A stretch of 64,000 nt of DNA, from positions 10,191,957 through 10,255,956 of the forward strand of contig MU053881.1 of NCBI GenBank assembly GCA_013239625.1, read 5' to 3'. How positions within the stretch are numbered: position 1 is the stretch's first letter; every line of letters starts with the position of its first letter. The position numbers were made by a program, and so were the translations under genes. Source of the DNA: Lama guanicoe (taxonomy: Eukaryota). Shown here in pieces: positions 1 to 13,384 of the stretch. The notes beneath the pieces were generated by a model. The model had not been told where the DNA came from. It worked only from the letters and a program-made list of their open reading frames with translations, and did not search any database.

Positions 1-3000
1 CAGTGATAAAACTGTGACCTGAAATCTTATTTAGAATAAGACACTCAAAAAAACCCCAATAAAAGTGTATTTGCCTGGTCCATTTTTTTTTCTATTTCAG
101 ATACATTCCAAATATTTTTCTCGTAATTTTTGAAGCCAGGTTATCAAATATAAGAAAGATCTGCTCCAAAAACTTAAGTCTTAAAGCTTGCACATTAGAA
201 AGTTTTATTTTCTTTTAATAAAAGCAAGCAAATAAAACACATAAACACATATAACCACTGCTGATGGAAATAATAATTGTTGCATATGTAGGTACAGATA
301 TAACTTGCAAGAGTGCTCTTAGGTGATGAAAATTTCTCATATAAAATTACATATGTATAAATTTTATTTGTATATATGAATAACTATCTGGTTTCCTTTT
401 TAAACAATTTCCTGGTTTCCTTTTTAAACACTTTTCTTTAATTACTTTCTGTTCTTATTATTTTAAGAAAGAAAGCAGATATAGCCTGTAAATTCCAAGC
501 ACCTAGCAACAGAAAACATGATTGGGTTGTCTTCTCACAACACAAATCATTTTCATTAGGAATTTAATTCACTGAATGTGTTGATTTGTCTACCAGTTAA
601 GAAGAGTTTATGTTGCGTCCCTATGAGAAATGTCTCCCTTGCAGTAAGATATTATTTAAAATCTAGGAAAGGAGGAAAATGCAGTGTAGGATGGGCAATA
701 TATTCCTTCCCTCCTCCCTCTAAGAGTCTACAAACACAGACTTCATTGAGGAACAACATAAAACCTCCTTAAATATAGAATTGCCATATCCAAAGAATAC
801 ACAGATGGAAAGATATTTGTTAATTTGTAGAAATATGTTTCCCCCTTCTTGTCAAAGCACATCGTCTAGAAACAAATAAGACTTCCATGCATTTTGGGCA
901 TTTCTAGCTTCTTTTTTTTCATATTATTGAAAGTGACTTCATCTTTTAATTATTCTTCTACCTATGGTAAAAATCTTTTCGCGGCATGCCTCATGGTTAC
1001 CACAGAATGATGGGGATGCTGTCAGCGGAGAAGCATGAATTCAGGAGTACGTAAGAATTAGGAGCTAATGAGGCCAGAATCCATTAACGTGACAAATTTC
1101 ATCTTCTAAAGCCAAAGCCATAAATATTTTTTAAGAAAATTAGATACTGAAGTATAATTGTTTCTGAGTGTTTCTGTAAGATTTCTTTCAGTTTTTCTAA
1201 TCACTAAAAAGATACCCTTAGCTCTTTATATCCATAAAGATGTAAGAACATGCAGTCATGGTTGCAACTGCTTCTTTGATAATCCGAGAATCAAATCACC
1301 AGGATTAAGAAAATAAACTAAGAATTGAATAGATTGTTCCACTGGTTGATTGGTGATATTTAAGCAAAAAAATGAACGACAGCAAAACAACAATTGTGAT
1401 CTCTACCTGATCTGTGAGCAGTTTCTCAAAGAGTACAACACGTTTTGAGTTTTAAAAATTTTCTGTAAGGTACAGACAAATAATGAAGCCAAAAGTTGGA
1501 GCGAGATGTTTCTGAATTTCTCAAGAGGAGAATGCTGATAAAATGTAGCATTTAAATATACATTTTTCCCAACAGAGTAATCTACAAACCATTTTTCTTT
1601 CTTTTCCTCTATTGAACATAGCTTTGAATTACACTGGTTTCCTCAGTGCCCAGTTTCAGGGTGACTGAGAAACATTTAGATTATCTCCCAAGGCAAAGTG
1701 GGTTAGAGAGCTAAAAATAATCTCACCAGTTTGGATATTTTAGGGCAAAGGGAAATTATATTCCACATTGGAAGGCAGAGCTCTCTAAACCCAAGACTCC
1801 TGTGTCTCCACCTTCATCATCTCAATTATCTACATAATTGTTCTAACTACCCATTAACACAACCTTAATATCCACTTAGATACCTCATAATACTCTCTAA
1901 ATTCTCTTGGACACCAGTAAATCCAATTTACATGCTTTCACTGCTTGGTTGTGGGAAAATAAACCATGTACTTCATCAAATCCCATTTAAAGCCAAAAAA
2001 AAAAAAGGTTAAAAAAAAAGCTTTTGTTTTAAATACCTAAAATACATGGGTTTCCTAACTGCACCCATAGTTTAAAAAATTCAACTAATATCTTAAGTAT
2101 TTATATTAAGTTCTTTTAAACAGAGATCAAGCATGAGTTGAACCCTCATAGTACTAAGAAACCAGTCCTCAGACGCATATCAAGATGGTTTTGCTCCAAA
2201 AGTTTCAATTAGATTAAAAAAGAACACAAACAAATAGGGGTACTTAATTTATTAATAGCTTGATTGTTCCTAGGATTTTGAAAATGTGGGCTCCGTGGCA
2301 GAGAGACACGCACATACAGTTCTAATTAACACCAATCACAAACGCTAATGGTAGAACCTACTGCTTAAGTAAATGAACATCCTCACCCCTGCTGCTTTGA
2401 AGAGCCTGATAGGCATGCACTTTATTGACAAAGTAAGCTAATTTACAGAGTGATTGTCCAAGAGGGAACTGCTGTTTATTTGCAGAGTTTTTCCCATTGA
2501 ACTCACAGGGCAAACACTGCACTTAAATTGTTAATTGAAATATCAACAGATAAAAATGTAAACATTGGGTTTTCTTCAGAGCAGAGTGACAGCCACTCAC
2601 TCATTCAGCACCAAGCCCTGAGATCCTCCCCATCATTGGTTTCTGAAGAATGAGAGCAAGTGCTCTGGAAAGGTTAGGAGGCTGAGCTTTCTTTGCACCC
2701 AAAGAAGAAAACTTATGAGGGTAAAACAACAAACTTTGACTCTCAATCCATCCACACAGAGGGACCAAAAACCTAAGGAGGTCTCCACTTTCTTTATGCC
2801 TTCGGTGGTAGCCATCTGTGTTTACCAGATGTGACCATCCACGCTTTCAAGAGTTTAACGGTTGCGTGAAAGCAGGCTGGTGACGGTGTGTTTTCCTTAA
2901 GAAGTGTGAATAAAGTTCGTATTGTACGGCAAGAAAAGACAAATTCAAACAAACAAACAAAAATTTCTCTGCCCTCTAGTCTCCTTTCTCCCCACCAGCT

Positions 3001-3324
3001 TGTGCATTGTGTATCCACGTTGTGCACTGACCAAAATCTCCCCGTCGGCAGAAACACCTGCTCAACCATAAAGAGCAACATTCTCCTGGCATCAGTAAGA
3101 CCACTCCTTAAAGATAACATTCCTTTTTTTTTTTTTTTGGTTTGTTTTCTTCATTTATTATTTGGAATGATTTTGAGAAAAGAAGACAGAAGAGAGAGAG
3201 AGATCTCTATGAGTCTTGGGATATTTTCAGAGGAAAACGTCATGCTGAGTTATTGAATTGAGAATTAAAAGGTGTTTCAAAATGTAGGACTTAAACAGCA
3301 TGAGAAGAACAATTATTTCTTTCA

Positions 3325-3646
3325 TGTAACTGGATGATGATAATTCTTAAAGCTCCCCTTTCTGGTCAGTTATCTTTGACCTTGCTTTTGGATTCTGTAC
3401 TAACATTCCTTCTTGATAAGGGGTCACATGACACTTAGATCTGGATTATGTAAACTGTCAATAATGCATCATTTGATGCACAGCCCTCTGTCCCAAAAAA
3501 CTTACATAACTGTGCATTGACTTCTCATGGATGGAACAGTTCCCAGAGCTTTCTGAGATGCTCTTCCTGGGTTATAATCCTCAAATTTAGATCAATTCAA
3601 ATTTCCCATTTCTTTCTTAGATAGACTGATTACTTTTTTGCCAACA
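3325..3646 (+). mobile_element. ERV1-like solo LTR (partial)
   Basis: Runs TGTAAC...CCAACA. Segment 3534-3586 is homologous to 14565-14622 of the LTR at 14.2 kb. Left boundary uncertain and no clean target-site duplication (TSD). Confidence 0.6.
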
Positions 3647-4773
3647 GAAGAAACTGTAGTAAAGAGCAGGAAAGAAGGAGGCGCAGTGTCCACTTAGCTA
3701 TGAAAGGAAAATGTGTCTTAAACTCGTAACAAAAAAGCCTCTGGCTCTTTCCTTAAAATGTAAAAGTTTAATTCTGGAAACCAAGACTCTATTATTGTGA
3801 AATTTTGAAGTTAAGTGGATAAAGGCACTGCTAGTGTGACTTGTTTTGGTTGGTTTCTTTCTAAGGTATTTTATCAACCCTAGCTCCTCAGGCTACAGAG
3901 CCAAGAGAGAGCCTTCCTCGGTTCTTTTCTTAGGATGACCGTGTATCTTTGCTCTTCTGAATCAAGCCTTGGGTTATTTCTAGAAGTGCACCTGATGATA
4001 TGGGAAAGATGATCTTTAATGCTGCAAAACCGGGTCCTGTTCCTGAAATTCACTTCTCTGGACTTCACTGCCCTTTTTAAGCTGGGTTCTGAGGAAACGC
4101 AGGGCTGCCTTAGGAGGTGAAGAGGGAGGTGAGAGGAGCAGAGTTCCAGAAGCTCCCTTCCCCTTACACCCAGCAGAGCAGTAGATTTTAATCTGTGCCT
4201 GGTATCAGCACTCTGGCCAAAAGCCAGTCTGAAGGAGGCCTACTTCCAACAGCTGGGAAAGGTGGCAGGATGGGCGGGCAGTGGCATCAGACAAGAATCT
4301 CCTGGACGAGACAACTTCAATTTTCCCTTGAGCTATCAAATTTTTTTTAGAGCTGTACATTTTTAAATGACTATTTTAGTTGACAGAAAAGTCTTTAGAT
4401 ATTTGCCTGTGTGTGTGTGAGTGAGGAGAGAAAGTCCGAGAGACTGAGAAATAGCATTGATAACTTGTCCTTGTTTATATGCATATTTCTTACCTCACGG
4501 GAAATAGGCAGGTCAAAATAACATACCAAGTGCAGGGTGTGTTTTGTCCAGTTACTTAACGTGCTTAAGTACTCAAAGAGGTATTTAACTGAATGAACAA
4601 AATAAGTTATCCAATGATTTTCGGTGAACTTGGCAAGTGAGCTGATGGGCTAGGTTTTTCTCATCTGTAAACTCCATCCCCACACATGGAATTGTTAAGA
4701 AGATGTAATAAACGCTCATAACATTTCAACATCTAGACGTACCTTGGTGCTCATCTACTTAAAGCTTTGAATC

Positions 4774-5047
4774 CAGTGCTCTTTAATAGAACTAGAATAA
4801 GAAGCCACAAATGTGAGCCACACGTGGAATTTAAAATTTTCTAGTCGCCCCAGGTAATAAGTGAAAAACAAAAACAACCAAAACCAAAATAACACCAAGT
4901 TAAAAAAAAAAACAAACTAAATTTTTAAAATCAGCCTTTGAAATTTGGAATATATTTTACAGTTACATCACACTGCAATTTGCACTAGTCGCATTTCTTG
5001 TGCTCGGTAGCCATGTGCAGCTAGTGGATCTGTAATGGACAACGTAT
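4774..5047 (+). mobile_element. MER33 (hAT-Charlie MITE)
   Basis: cagtgctctttaatagaa...gagccacacgtggaatttaaaattttctagt...gtagccatgtgcagctagtgg...atggacaacg follows the MER33 consensus as I recall it. Confidence 0.8.
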
Positions 5048-5544
5048 CTCTGAGCCTTGAGTGAGGACTCTGCCAAAAGGGAAGGTATATTGAAACCAAG
5101 TTAATTTCATTTCTCTCCAGCAATAAAGATAAGAGTACAGTGTCAGTACAGATCTTCCTGTAATACAAGGGCTTAATCAATGCCCAAACCAATCCTTGTA
5201 CACTTGGAACTATCTCCATTTGCCCAAGACCACTGGTTGGTCTCCAGACTTAGTGGAACCTGCCTAGAAACCAAGAAATAGTGTTGAAGCAATGGAGTTG
5301 CCCAGGGCTCGAATGGTTCTAGGGAAAGTGCCAGTTCACAAGGAGTAGCTACAGAAATGTCAACTTAAAACTCAAATCTCTTCATGACAAGCAGGCTTGT
5401 AGTTTGCTGGTAGTAGTTTAAAACATTTTCTTATTTGCTTTTTAAGAATCTTACAGTGAAAACAAAATAATGTGTTCTTTTTCTCCATGAGTTTCCATAG
5501 CTCTCTGCGTGCTGTGCTGTGGTAACCTTTACACTGATATTTTC

Positions 5545-5672
5545 AATTATCTAATTTATATACCTAATTTCCCTGCATGACGAGGACAAGAGGCTGTGTC
5601 ATATTTATGTTTTTATCTACAAGGCCTGATACACATCAGGTGTTCAATAAACGTCAAAAAATAACTGACTAC
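5545..5672 (+). mobile_element. L2 3' end fragment
   Basis: gcctgatacacatcaggtgttcaataaacgtc resembles the L2 terminus. Confidence 0.55.
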
Positions 5673-6155
5673 TTAAAGAGAATTTATATTTATCAAATGT
5701 CTAGGTGAAACATTAATACCAAGCACTGTTTTCTAACATTTTTTCTTATTAAAATACAACATGTTTTTGATGAAACTATAGATAATTAAAACATAGAAAT
5801 TATATGTAAGCCCAACATTGCTGCTGTGATTTTTAAACCTGGTATTTTAGCCTTCAAGTTCTTTTCCCCCATGCAGGTTACAGAGACATATTATTTTTTT
5901 AACCGTAAAATTTCTGATTATATTGGTGTTAAGTTTCATTAGCCTATTTCTTGAGTTAAATGTATTGGAAAATCTTTTCTGTATCATTACATATGACCCT
6001 ACTGCAGCAATTAAAAATGATTTTATATTAAAAAAACATAAAGTAGAAAAATTAATACAATGAGCCCAACTGTACCTAATGCTTGAGTTCAGTAATACTG
6101 ATGTCTTGCCATTCTTGTTTCCCTGAGTCCCTTACATTGATATCTTTTACGACAT

Positions 6156-6458
6156 TGCTATGGACTGAATATTTGTGTCTTCCTTCCCCCAGTTCATATA
6201 TTTGAAGGCCTTACCTCCAGTGTGATGGTCTTAGGAGGGGCCTTTGGGAAGTACTCAGGTTTAGATGAGGTCATGAAGGTAGCGTCCCCATGATGGTATT
6301 AATACCCTTATAAAAGGAAGACACTTCAGTGTCTCCATCTCTCTCTCTCCCCATTGTAAGGACACAGTGAGGAGGGGGCCATCTGGAAGCCAGGAAGAAG
6401 AGAGGTCTCACCAGAATCTGACCAAGCTGCCTCCCTGATCTTACACTTCCACCTTCCA
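6156..6458 (+). mobile_element. MLT1A-type MaLR LTR, 3' truncated
   Basis: tgctatggactgaatatttgtgtc...ggtttagatgaggtcatg...gccatctggaagccaggaaga matches MLT1A. Confidence 0.85.
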
Positions 6459-6469
6459 TTCAATGTGGA

Positions 6470-7430
6470 AGTGCACAATACTACAGCCAAAACTTGGTTC
6501 CTGTCAATATTTATTTCTTCCTCAGATTAATTCTTAAAAGCACAACCATTAGATTAAAGGGCTTGCAAAATTATGTTTTTGCCCAAATTTATTGTTCAAC
6601 AGCCCTCCAAAATTAATACAACTATTTGTAACCTATTTATAATTTAATATTTTCACCAAGCTGATAAAGTATATTTTATTATTAATTTTATTACTTGCAT
6701 TTTTCCATATTCAATAAATATGTGTACATTTTTATCTTTGAAAATGGCATATTAATGTCTACTGATCATTCCTCTACTTGCCTATATGTCTTTTGCTTAA
6801 TGATTTATAGGACCTGTTTATATGTCATGGATATTAACATTTTGCAAAATAAATTGCAAATATTTTTATCCGTTTTTGATTTGTGACTAATTTTATTATA
6901 TGAGAACTTAATTATAATGTGGTTGTATCTATAAATGCATTCCTTTATGGCTTCTGTCTTTGATTTCATGAAAGTAAATTTTCTCTATTCAAATATAATA
7001 TATATAATTATATTTGACTATATTTGTAAAAATAATTTAACTTTTCTAACATAAACTAATTTTTAGATAAAATAGATATATTTAAGTCACAAGTTAGGTA
7101 TATAACTTTATTATTTTTTGCAATTGTGAGCTCCCTGTTCTAATGCCATTTACTGAGGCATCCACTGCTTCCTTCTCTTTACCACATATTAAATACTAGT
7201 ATGTTAGAGTGTTAGATATTATATTGTGGGACATTGATCTTTCTTAGATATTCCTTCCTTGGTACTATGTCATATCATTGTTATTATTATTGTCATGGTT
7301 GTGTCATTTATGTCATAATATCAGGCAAGGCAAATTCTCATCCATTAGGCCCTTACGATTTTCTTTGCTGACTTCTTATATTTAGAGTTCAGATAATTTC
7401 CAGTATAATTTTCAATAATATCTTGGTTCT
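6470..7430 (-). mobile_element. Old L1 (L1ME-like) remnant, ORF2 3' region; probably continues at ~5730-6130
   Basis: T-rich antisense L1 signatures, e.g. ttttgcttaatgatttataggacctgtttatatgtcatggatattaac and cctttatggcttctg. Confidence 0.65.
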
Positions 7431-7768
7431 ATTCTTAAAGTCCTGAGTCAGCTGGAGGAATATGCTGCCTCCTTTGCATTCCTCCCTCATCTCTGCCTGC
7501 TAAGCCTAGGACCAGCTGACCCATCTCTTTAAAGTAAGGAAAACTATTTCCTGTCATTCCCTGCCATTCATGCCTGCCACCTTCTGTTGCCCCAGATGTT
7601 TCATGGTGTTGCCTACCTGGGATCTGACCTCTCTATGTAGCTGACAACGTAATGTTAATTTATCAGGATGTTAATATACTAATCAAATAATCAAGGGGGT
7701 AGACATTGTCTCAAGAACCTACCTGCATTTATGAAATAGGCCGCTTCTAGAAACATAATCATTTAACT

Positions 7769-8070
7769 CAGTTTCCACTAAATTTTAATTACTTACACAC
7801 CACTTTCATAGTTTTTGCTACTTCGACATACAGTTATATTTTAATTTCTTAATAGAGTTTTAATTAATTCACTATTTTAAAAGCTAGAAGTGCCTATTTT
7901 ACCTTTTCCTTAAGGAATACTTATCAGATAAAGGGTTTGGTTTGTTACCACATTTTTAAAAACACACATTAAAAGAAATATACAACTGCTAAGATGAAAG
8001 ATGTTCCTCTACCACAGAAAGCCATCTCATATATCATATGATATGCATGAGCCAATGTGGAAAATACTGT
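7769..8070. mobile_element. hAT-Charlie MITE (MER113-like)
   Basis: cagtttcc...caccactttcatagtttttgctac at the left end and gtggaaaatactg at the right end resemble Charlie termini. Confidence 0.45.
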
Positions 8071-8090
8071 CTTACTTCAAAGATTCATAC

Positions 8091-8264
8091 CAGGGGTTCC
8101 CAAACTTATCTGCACTTTCAATTATGAGGGGATCTTTAAAGTCCCAACCTCAAGCCATTGTCAAGACTAATAAATTCACAACGTATGGGAGTGGGACACA
8201 GGGCATCCATATTTTTTAAGTTTCCCAGGTAATTTCAATATGCAGCCAAGTTGGGAAAGCACTG
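8091..8264. mobile_element. MER5A1/MER5-family MITE
   Basis: Terminal inverted repeats caggggttcccaaac...gttgggaaagcactg; internal tttcccaggtaatttcaatatgcagcca. Confidence 0.8.
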
Positions 8265-8449
8265 GTTCAAATTATTTAAACCAACTTCCTCTATGGCTGT
8301 TTATTGTGACTACGTTGGGACTCTTCCCACAAAAAGTGGACAGCGGTCAAAACATCCAAGTTTTCTAGTTTTCTCATCTTAATTTAGTTTCTCTGATCCT
8401 TAGTTTCTTCACCAACTCAAAAAAAACAAAAAACAAACTTTGTCTTAAA

Positions 8450-8668
8450 GTAGCATTTCTTAAAGCCTCCTTGAGATCTGCCTGCATCAGACTGACCAGC
8501 AGATGTTTTTTTTTAACATACAGAGTACTCCTCGTCCTTGACAGAGATCTCATCATTCTCCCTCTCCCCTTCTCATTGGCTGACATTTATTCTCTGGGGG
8601 AGGGACTCAGGAATCTGCATATTTACCAAGTGTTCCAAGTGAATTTTGTACACAGTAAAATTTTAGTT
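8450..8668. mobile_element. MER5-family MITE
   Basis: ctctgggggagggactcaggaatctgcatatttaccaagtgttccaagtgaatt. Confidence 0.7.
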
Positions 8669-11600
8669 ATCTTCAGTCCTAAGAAGTTGAAGGATATGAC
8701 GTATATGAAAGCACGCTACAAACTGACACATGTCCTATTAAAACAGATTGGAAAACCAGAAATAAGATGCTATATTGCTTAACTCCCTTTTTGCAACCAC
8801 CCCTTCTCCCGTGCCTTCTCTGATGCTCATGTTCTATTTCGGGTGGAAATGCACAATTGCTTACTTGGGCAAGGAAGGACTAGAGGGAGTACTGCTTAAT
8901 TCCCAGGCTAGCAGTGGGTGTGCTCCGTGGTAGCTGAACACAAATAAACTTCGTGCTGGGAAGTCTTTTCAGAAATGGATTCCTCTTCCTGACCCCCTCC
9001 TATTTCGCAAGCAAAGGGAGGGCGCTTCTGTTGTAAAGATGGGGCTCTCATCTAATTAGGGCTTTAGAAATCCGAATTAGACGTTTGCCCATCCTGCAAC
9101 AGAACCAAGTTCTGAATGAGAAGCCCTCGCTTTGATTTTGCACACTAGGTGCAGATCCGAAAGGATTTGCTTTTGTCCTCAACTTGATTCATCGTTTTGT
9201 CACCCCCGAAACTAGAGCTGCGATTAATCACACACATAATCTACAACAGCTCTTCTGTGGGGCTTGCGGTCCTGGTATAAATGATCATGTCAAGGATTAA
9301 TCCATTTTATGTGCCTTAATCCTCCATTTTCATTCTCTTTCTCTTCCCTCTAACGGCACCCTGTTTACTCAGCTTTTGTGCACAAGGGTTCCAATTGTGT
9401 GTTTGACAACTGGAATCTGAATGATTAATCACAGTGACAGAAACTTGACCAAGGGTTCGACAAACCATGAAGAAAAACACTGAGCCCAAGGTCAGCACAG
9501 GTTATGCATGAGCTCCGTCCCCAAACAGAAAAAGGGGTGGGGTGGGGGTGAGGGAGAAAAGCCGTTTCTTCAGGCAATGATGCCTCTCACGGGGGATCGT
9601 CTGACTGCAGCCTGTCTAGCCACTTCCCCCACACAGACGCCTTCTGTTATTAGACTTGCTGTGTAGGCCACCCAGCCTGGTGGAACGGCTCACTTCAGCA
9701 ATTTCAAATCACAGCTAAATGCTGATGCCTCCCGGGCTTTGACTCTTGCAAACAAAGTGAGCTGGCAAGTTGCAGACGCTTCCCTCAAGTGCGATAGAGG
9801 ATCGTAAATTTCGCGCTATGGCTATAAAGCGGCATACGTCGCGGTAGTCAGAGCATCTTACAATCAGCGCCCCTCCGGGCCTTCCCGTCAGGGCTGAGAG
9901 GGCACCCAGCCCAAATCGACAAGCAGCAACGTGTGGTATTGATTCATGACGGGGCCAGTCAATGCTGGTTTCGAAACTTCTAGGCATGGGTGTAATGTGA
10001 AGGATGAACTCTTAGATTTCAGGAGGAATATGTTAAACAGAGGGGCCAGAGCAAAGCCATGTGCTAACAGAAAGCTCAATAAATCATCAGTGAATGATGA
10101 GGACCTCGGAGGGTGTCTCTGGCTAATGGAGGAATGAAACGTGGTCACTGTGTTGGCAAATCAGGTACCAGCGAGCTTACAATACACAGATGGCACAATT
10201 TTAAAAAAGAAAGTTATTGTGTGAAGAGTCTGATTTTACAACGTGAGGAAGCCAGATTGGACCCGACACAAAGTGAGAGAAACACCAAGCTCATTCACCT
10301 AACACATCTGTTAAGATACGGCTTTGTGGCGAACACCAAGAGGGCGGCAGGGAAGAAGATGTATGTGGTGTCTGCCCTAAAGGAACCCTTATTTGATAAG
10401 AAGGTCAACCAAAGAGGAATAATAGCCAACTCCTCCAGCTCATTAAGAAAGTTACTATACATGTCAGATTTACTGTGACTCAAGATCACTTGGAGTGGAG
10501 AGAAAGGCTTTCAATTTCCACCCTTCTGCATGTCAGGGAGCACAGACGAAGCATGTTGCACAGACAGCCTAGACACAAAAATACTCGCGGATCATGTGAT
10601 AGATACCCAGTGGTGTTTTGAGCTTAATAGTTAAGAAGATGACAAAATGAAATAAGACCCAGTATATTTGGTGATCAAAACAGGCTAAGGCAGAATTTAA
10701 ACAAGATAAAAATCAAAGATAAGATCAATAAAGCATTCTAGGCAAAAACTACCTTCACTCTGAATTCACTGAATTGCAAGCTCCTTTCTTAGCCGTTAAT
10801 GATGACAAGATGGTATTTTTATTTTCTTAGTTAAATAGAATTTTCAACATCTACCTTCAAGTTCATGGAAATACTTTCAGTGATAATTGCTAAACACGCC
10901 AAGTGCATTTATAAAAGCCGGCATATATGTTGTCTATATTTGGGACGTTTTATGTAAACATAGACATTCGATAATTATCACAGTGGCTGTTCATTTCACT
11001 GGGCGGGGAGACAGCGCAAATGCAAGACCAATCATTTCATTTATAAGGCAAAAGGAATGCTTTTGGATCACAATTCAAGCTCACCACATAAAAACCACTG
11101 TTGTCTCTATTTCTTTAAACCAAAAAAAAAAAAAAGTATTAAAACACACAAGTACATGAAGACCCACAAGTGTTTCTACCTTAAAACAGTTGATCTAAGG
11201 AGATAGTACAAATACAAGTTAAGAGAATATTTCATCAAGTCAACTCTCAAAAAACAGTATTTATTAATGAAATCAAATACTCAAAACTCAGGGCTGCTGA
11301 GATGGGGCCAGCTCACCGTTTAGAAACTCTGCATTGAGAATATAATTAGAACTTTCATCCTTCTCCCTGGCAAACAGACACTGGATGGAAAGTAAATCGG
11401 TTAATCATTCTGGATTTGTGTCCTGTGGTCAATAATTAAATAATAATAATAAGGATAATGATGATAATAATAATGTTACCAGCTCCATAACAAATATAAT
11501 AAGGACATTGATAATAGCAACAGGATAATAGTAGCTGCCATTAACAGAACTCTTATTACATGCTTACACACGACGTTCGAGTCCTACCGTGAACTCTGTG

Positions 11601-13384
11601 ACATCCCAGGACCAGAATAGATGTATATCATCTAAAATGAGATACTTCTTTCAGTATGACTTCCACCACTTATTTATACATTCCTTATTTTGTTTTCTTG
11701 GACCTTATCATCATTTCTATTTCCATTTCCTTTCAAGATCCTTGCAAGGTTGTAAGGGACCCAGTGAATGACTATCTCCCAGTGACCCATTCCCCAGAAT
11801 CCTTCTAAGAGGTCATATCCGTGTGCTCGTTTGCTCTGTCCAAAGGCTATGAGAAAAGGAAAATAAGATATTAAGTGATTACCAAGCTTTGCAAGATACT
11901 CCGAGGTTCATGGATGAGTTGTATAACATCAACATTGGTATTAGAGGATTTTGGAAGAGAGGAAGTACAGTGAGATAACTGTCCTGACCAAAGTGAAGAA
12001 CACAAGCACATCTTTTCGGCCCAATCACTGATGGCCTGAAAGTCAGACTGAGTCTAGATCTATGTGTAAGGAATAGGGGGTAATGAAGGTTTATAGGCAA
12101 GAGACAAGTGTTAAGCCTTGTGCTGGGGCTTGACAGTAAGGCTCTCCCCTCCAGATCTCTTAATTTCAATACTTGTCTGTGCCTGTCCATCAAATCAAAG
12201 TAGGTTTATCTGCTACAACCATCCCCTACCTCAAATGCTACATGTAATGAGAATCAGTTAGTTTACTTGAAATGAGAATGACTGTACATGTTATAATGGA
12301 ACCTTTGCCATTATCCATTCCATGTGTCACATGTTCATCCTGGCTGTTCATAAATTCTCTTGTGTTTTTGTGTGGTTAATTACTGTATCATAATGCATGG
12401 TATCATAAAGACCAGTTTCTTAGCAAATCTGTGAAAGGAATACATAAGTACTTAGCATCTGTCATCAAGCTTGAATTTCCAAAAGCCATGGGGGTCTAGG
12501 CTAATATGTTTAAGAGTGAATCATAGATTATATTTACCAAATAAGACTAGTAAAATCCATATGGACATATAGCTGTTGAATGTCTCTTAGTAACTCTTCA
12601 CTGTATGACTATCTTTTGGCATTCTGAGTCCTTCTATTTTCATAATGGGCAAGATGCAGTTTCTGCTACTTCAAAGTCTGGATCATGTAGGTGGAGTCAG
12701 GTCTCCAAACAGCATATGCATCTCACCTGAAACCCCCAACTTTGGAAACTAAGAAGGGTTGGACTAGAACGAACAAACGGTAGGACAGGTTGTAATACTG
12801 TGGGGGGAGGGGTGGTGCAGGGAACCAGGTCCAGAGCCTAAGTTGGGAGAGCCGTGCCACTTGTTGGTTGACCATGGGGCAATTAACCAGCACACACATA
12901 CTATTAACATTTGAACATGGATCCAATGGTCTTTTGAGCAGCCTAGCATTGGCTTTTACCCTGTTAACACCAAAGGCTTTCTATCATCATCTTAACTGCT
13001 ACAGTGAAAATACGTTGAAGAGGCACCATTTTGAAGAAGTGATTGCTTCCCCTACTCGATCCCAGTTATGCCTCGTGAGTGGAAATCACATAAAGCAAGA
13101 GTTAGCAGTAATCTTCAGGCTATTTCTATGAACTCACAGTGGTCTCCTTGACTGGCGTGAAGAAGGAGTTTGGAGTAATGTGGTGAGATAGACTTTTAAG
13201 CACTCAACCTCTTCATTAGTTAGAGTCATTTTCTTATACTTTGCTTTAAACATTCAGATTGGACAGAAGAAAAAAAGTTTAAAACAAAGGCAAAGAAAGA
13301 TTTTTTTTTTTTTTGCTAAAAACCAACTGCAACAAAAACAGTAACAAGGAAGAAACTAAGACAAGAGAGACAGTTCTAACAAGA

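Noticed and set aside
388..432. Short tandem duplication ctggtttcctttttaaaca (twice)
   Set aside because: Ordinary slippage duplication
9864..9882. CTCF-like GGGGCGCTG on the minus strand
   Set aside because: Only the 3' half of the motif matches
9715..10489. Cluster of overlapping 60-120 aa ORFs
   Set aside because: No recognisable domain or splice structure; expected from the locally higher GC
12996..13065. Possible + strand exon ending ctc|gtgagt
   Set aside because: Weak polypyrimidine tract and unrecognised peptide
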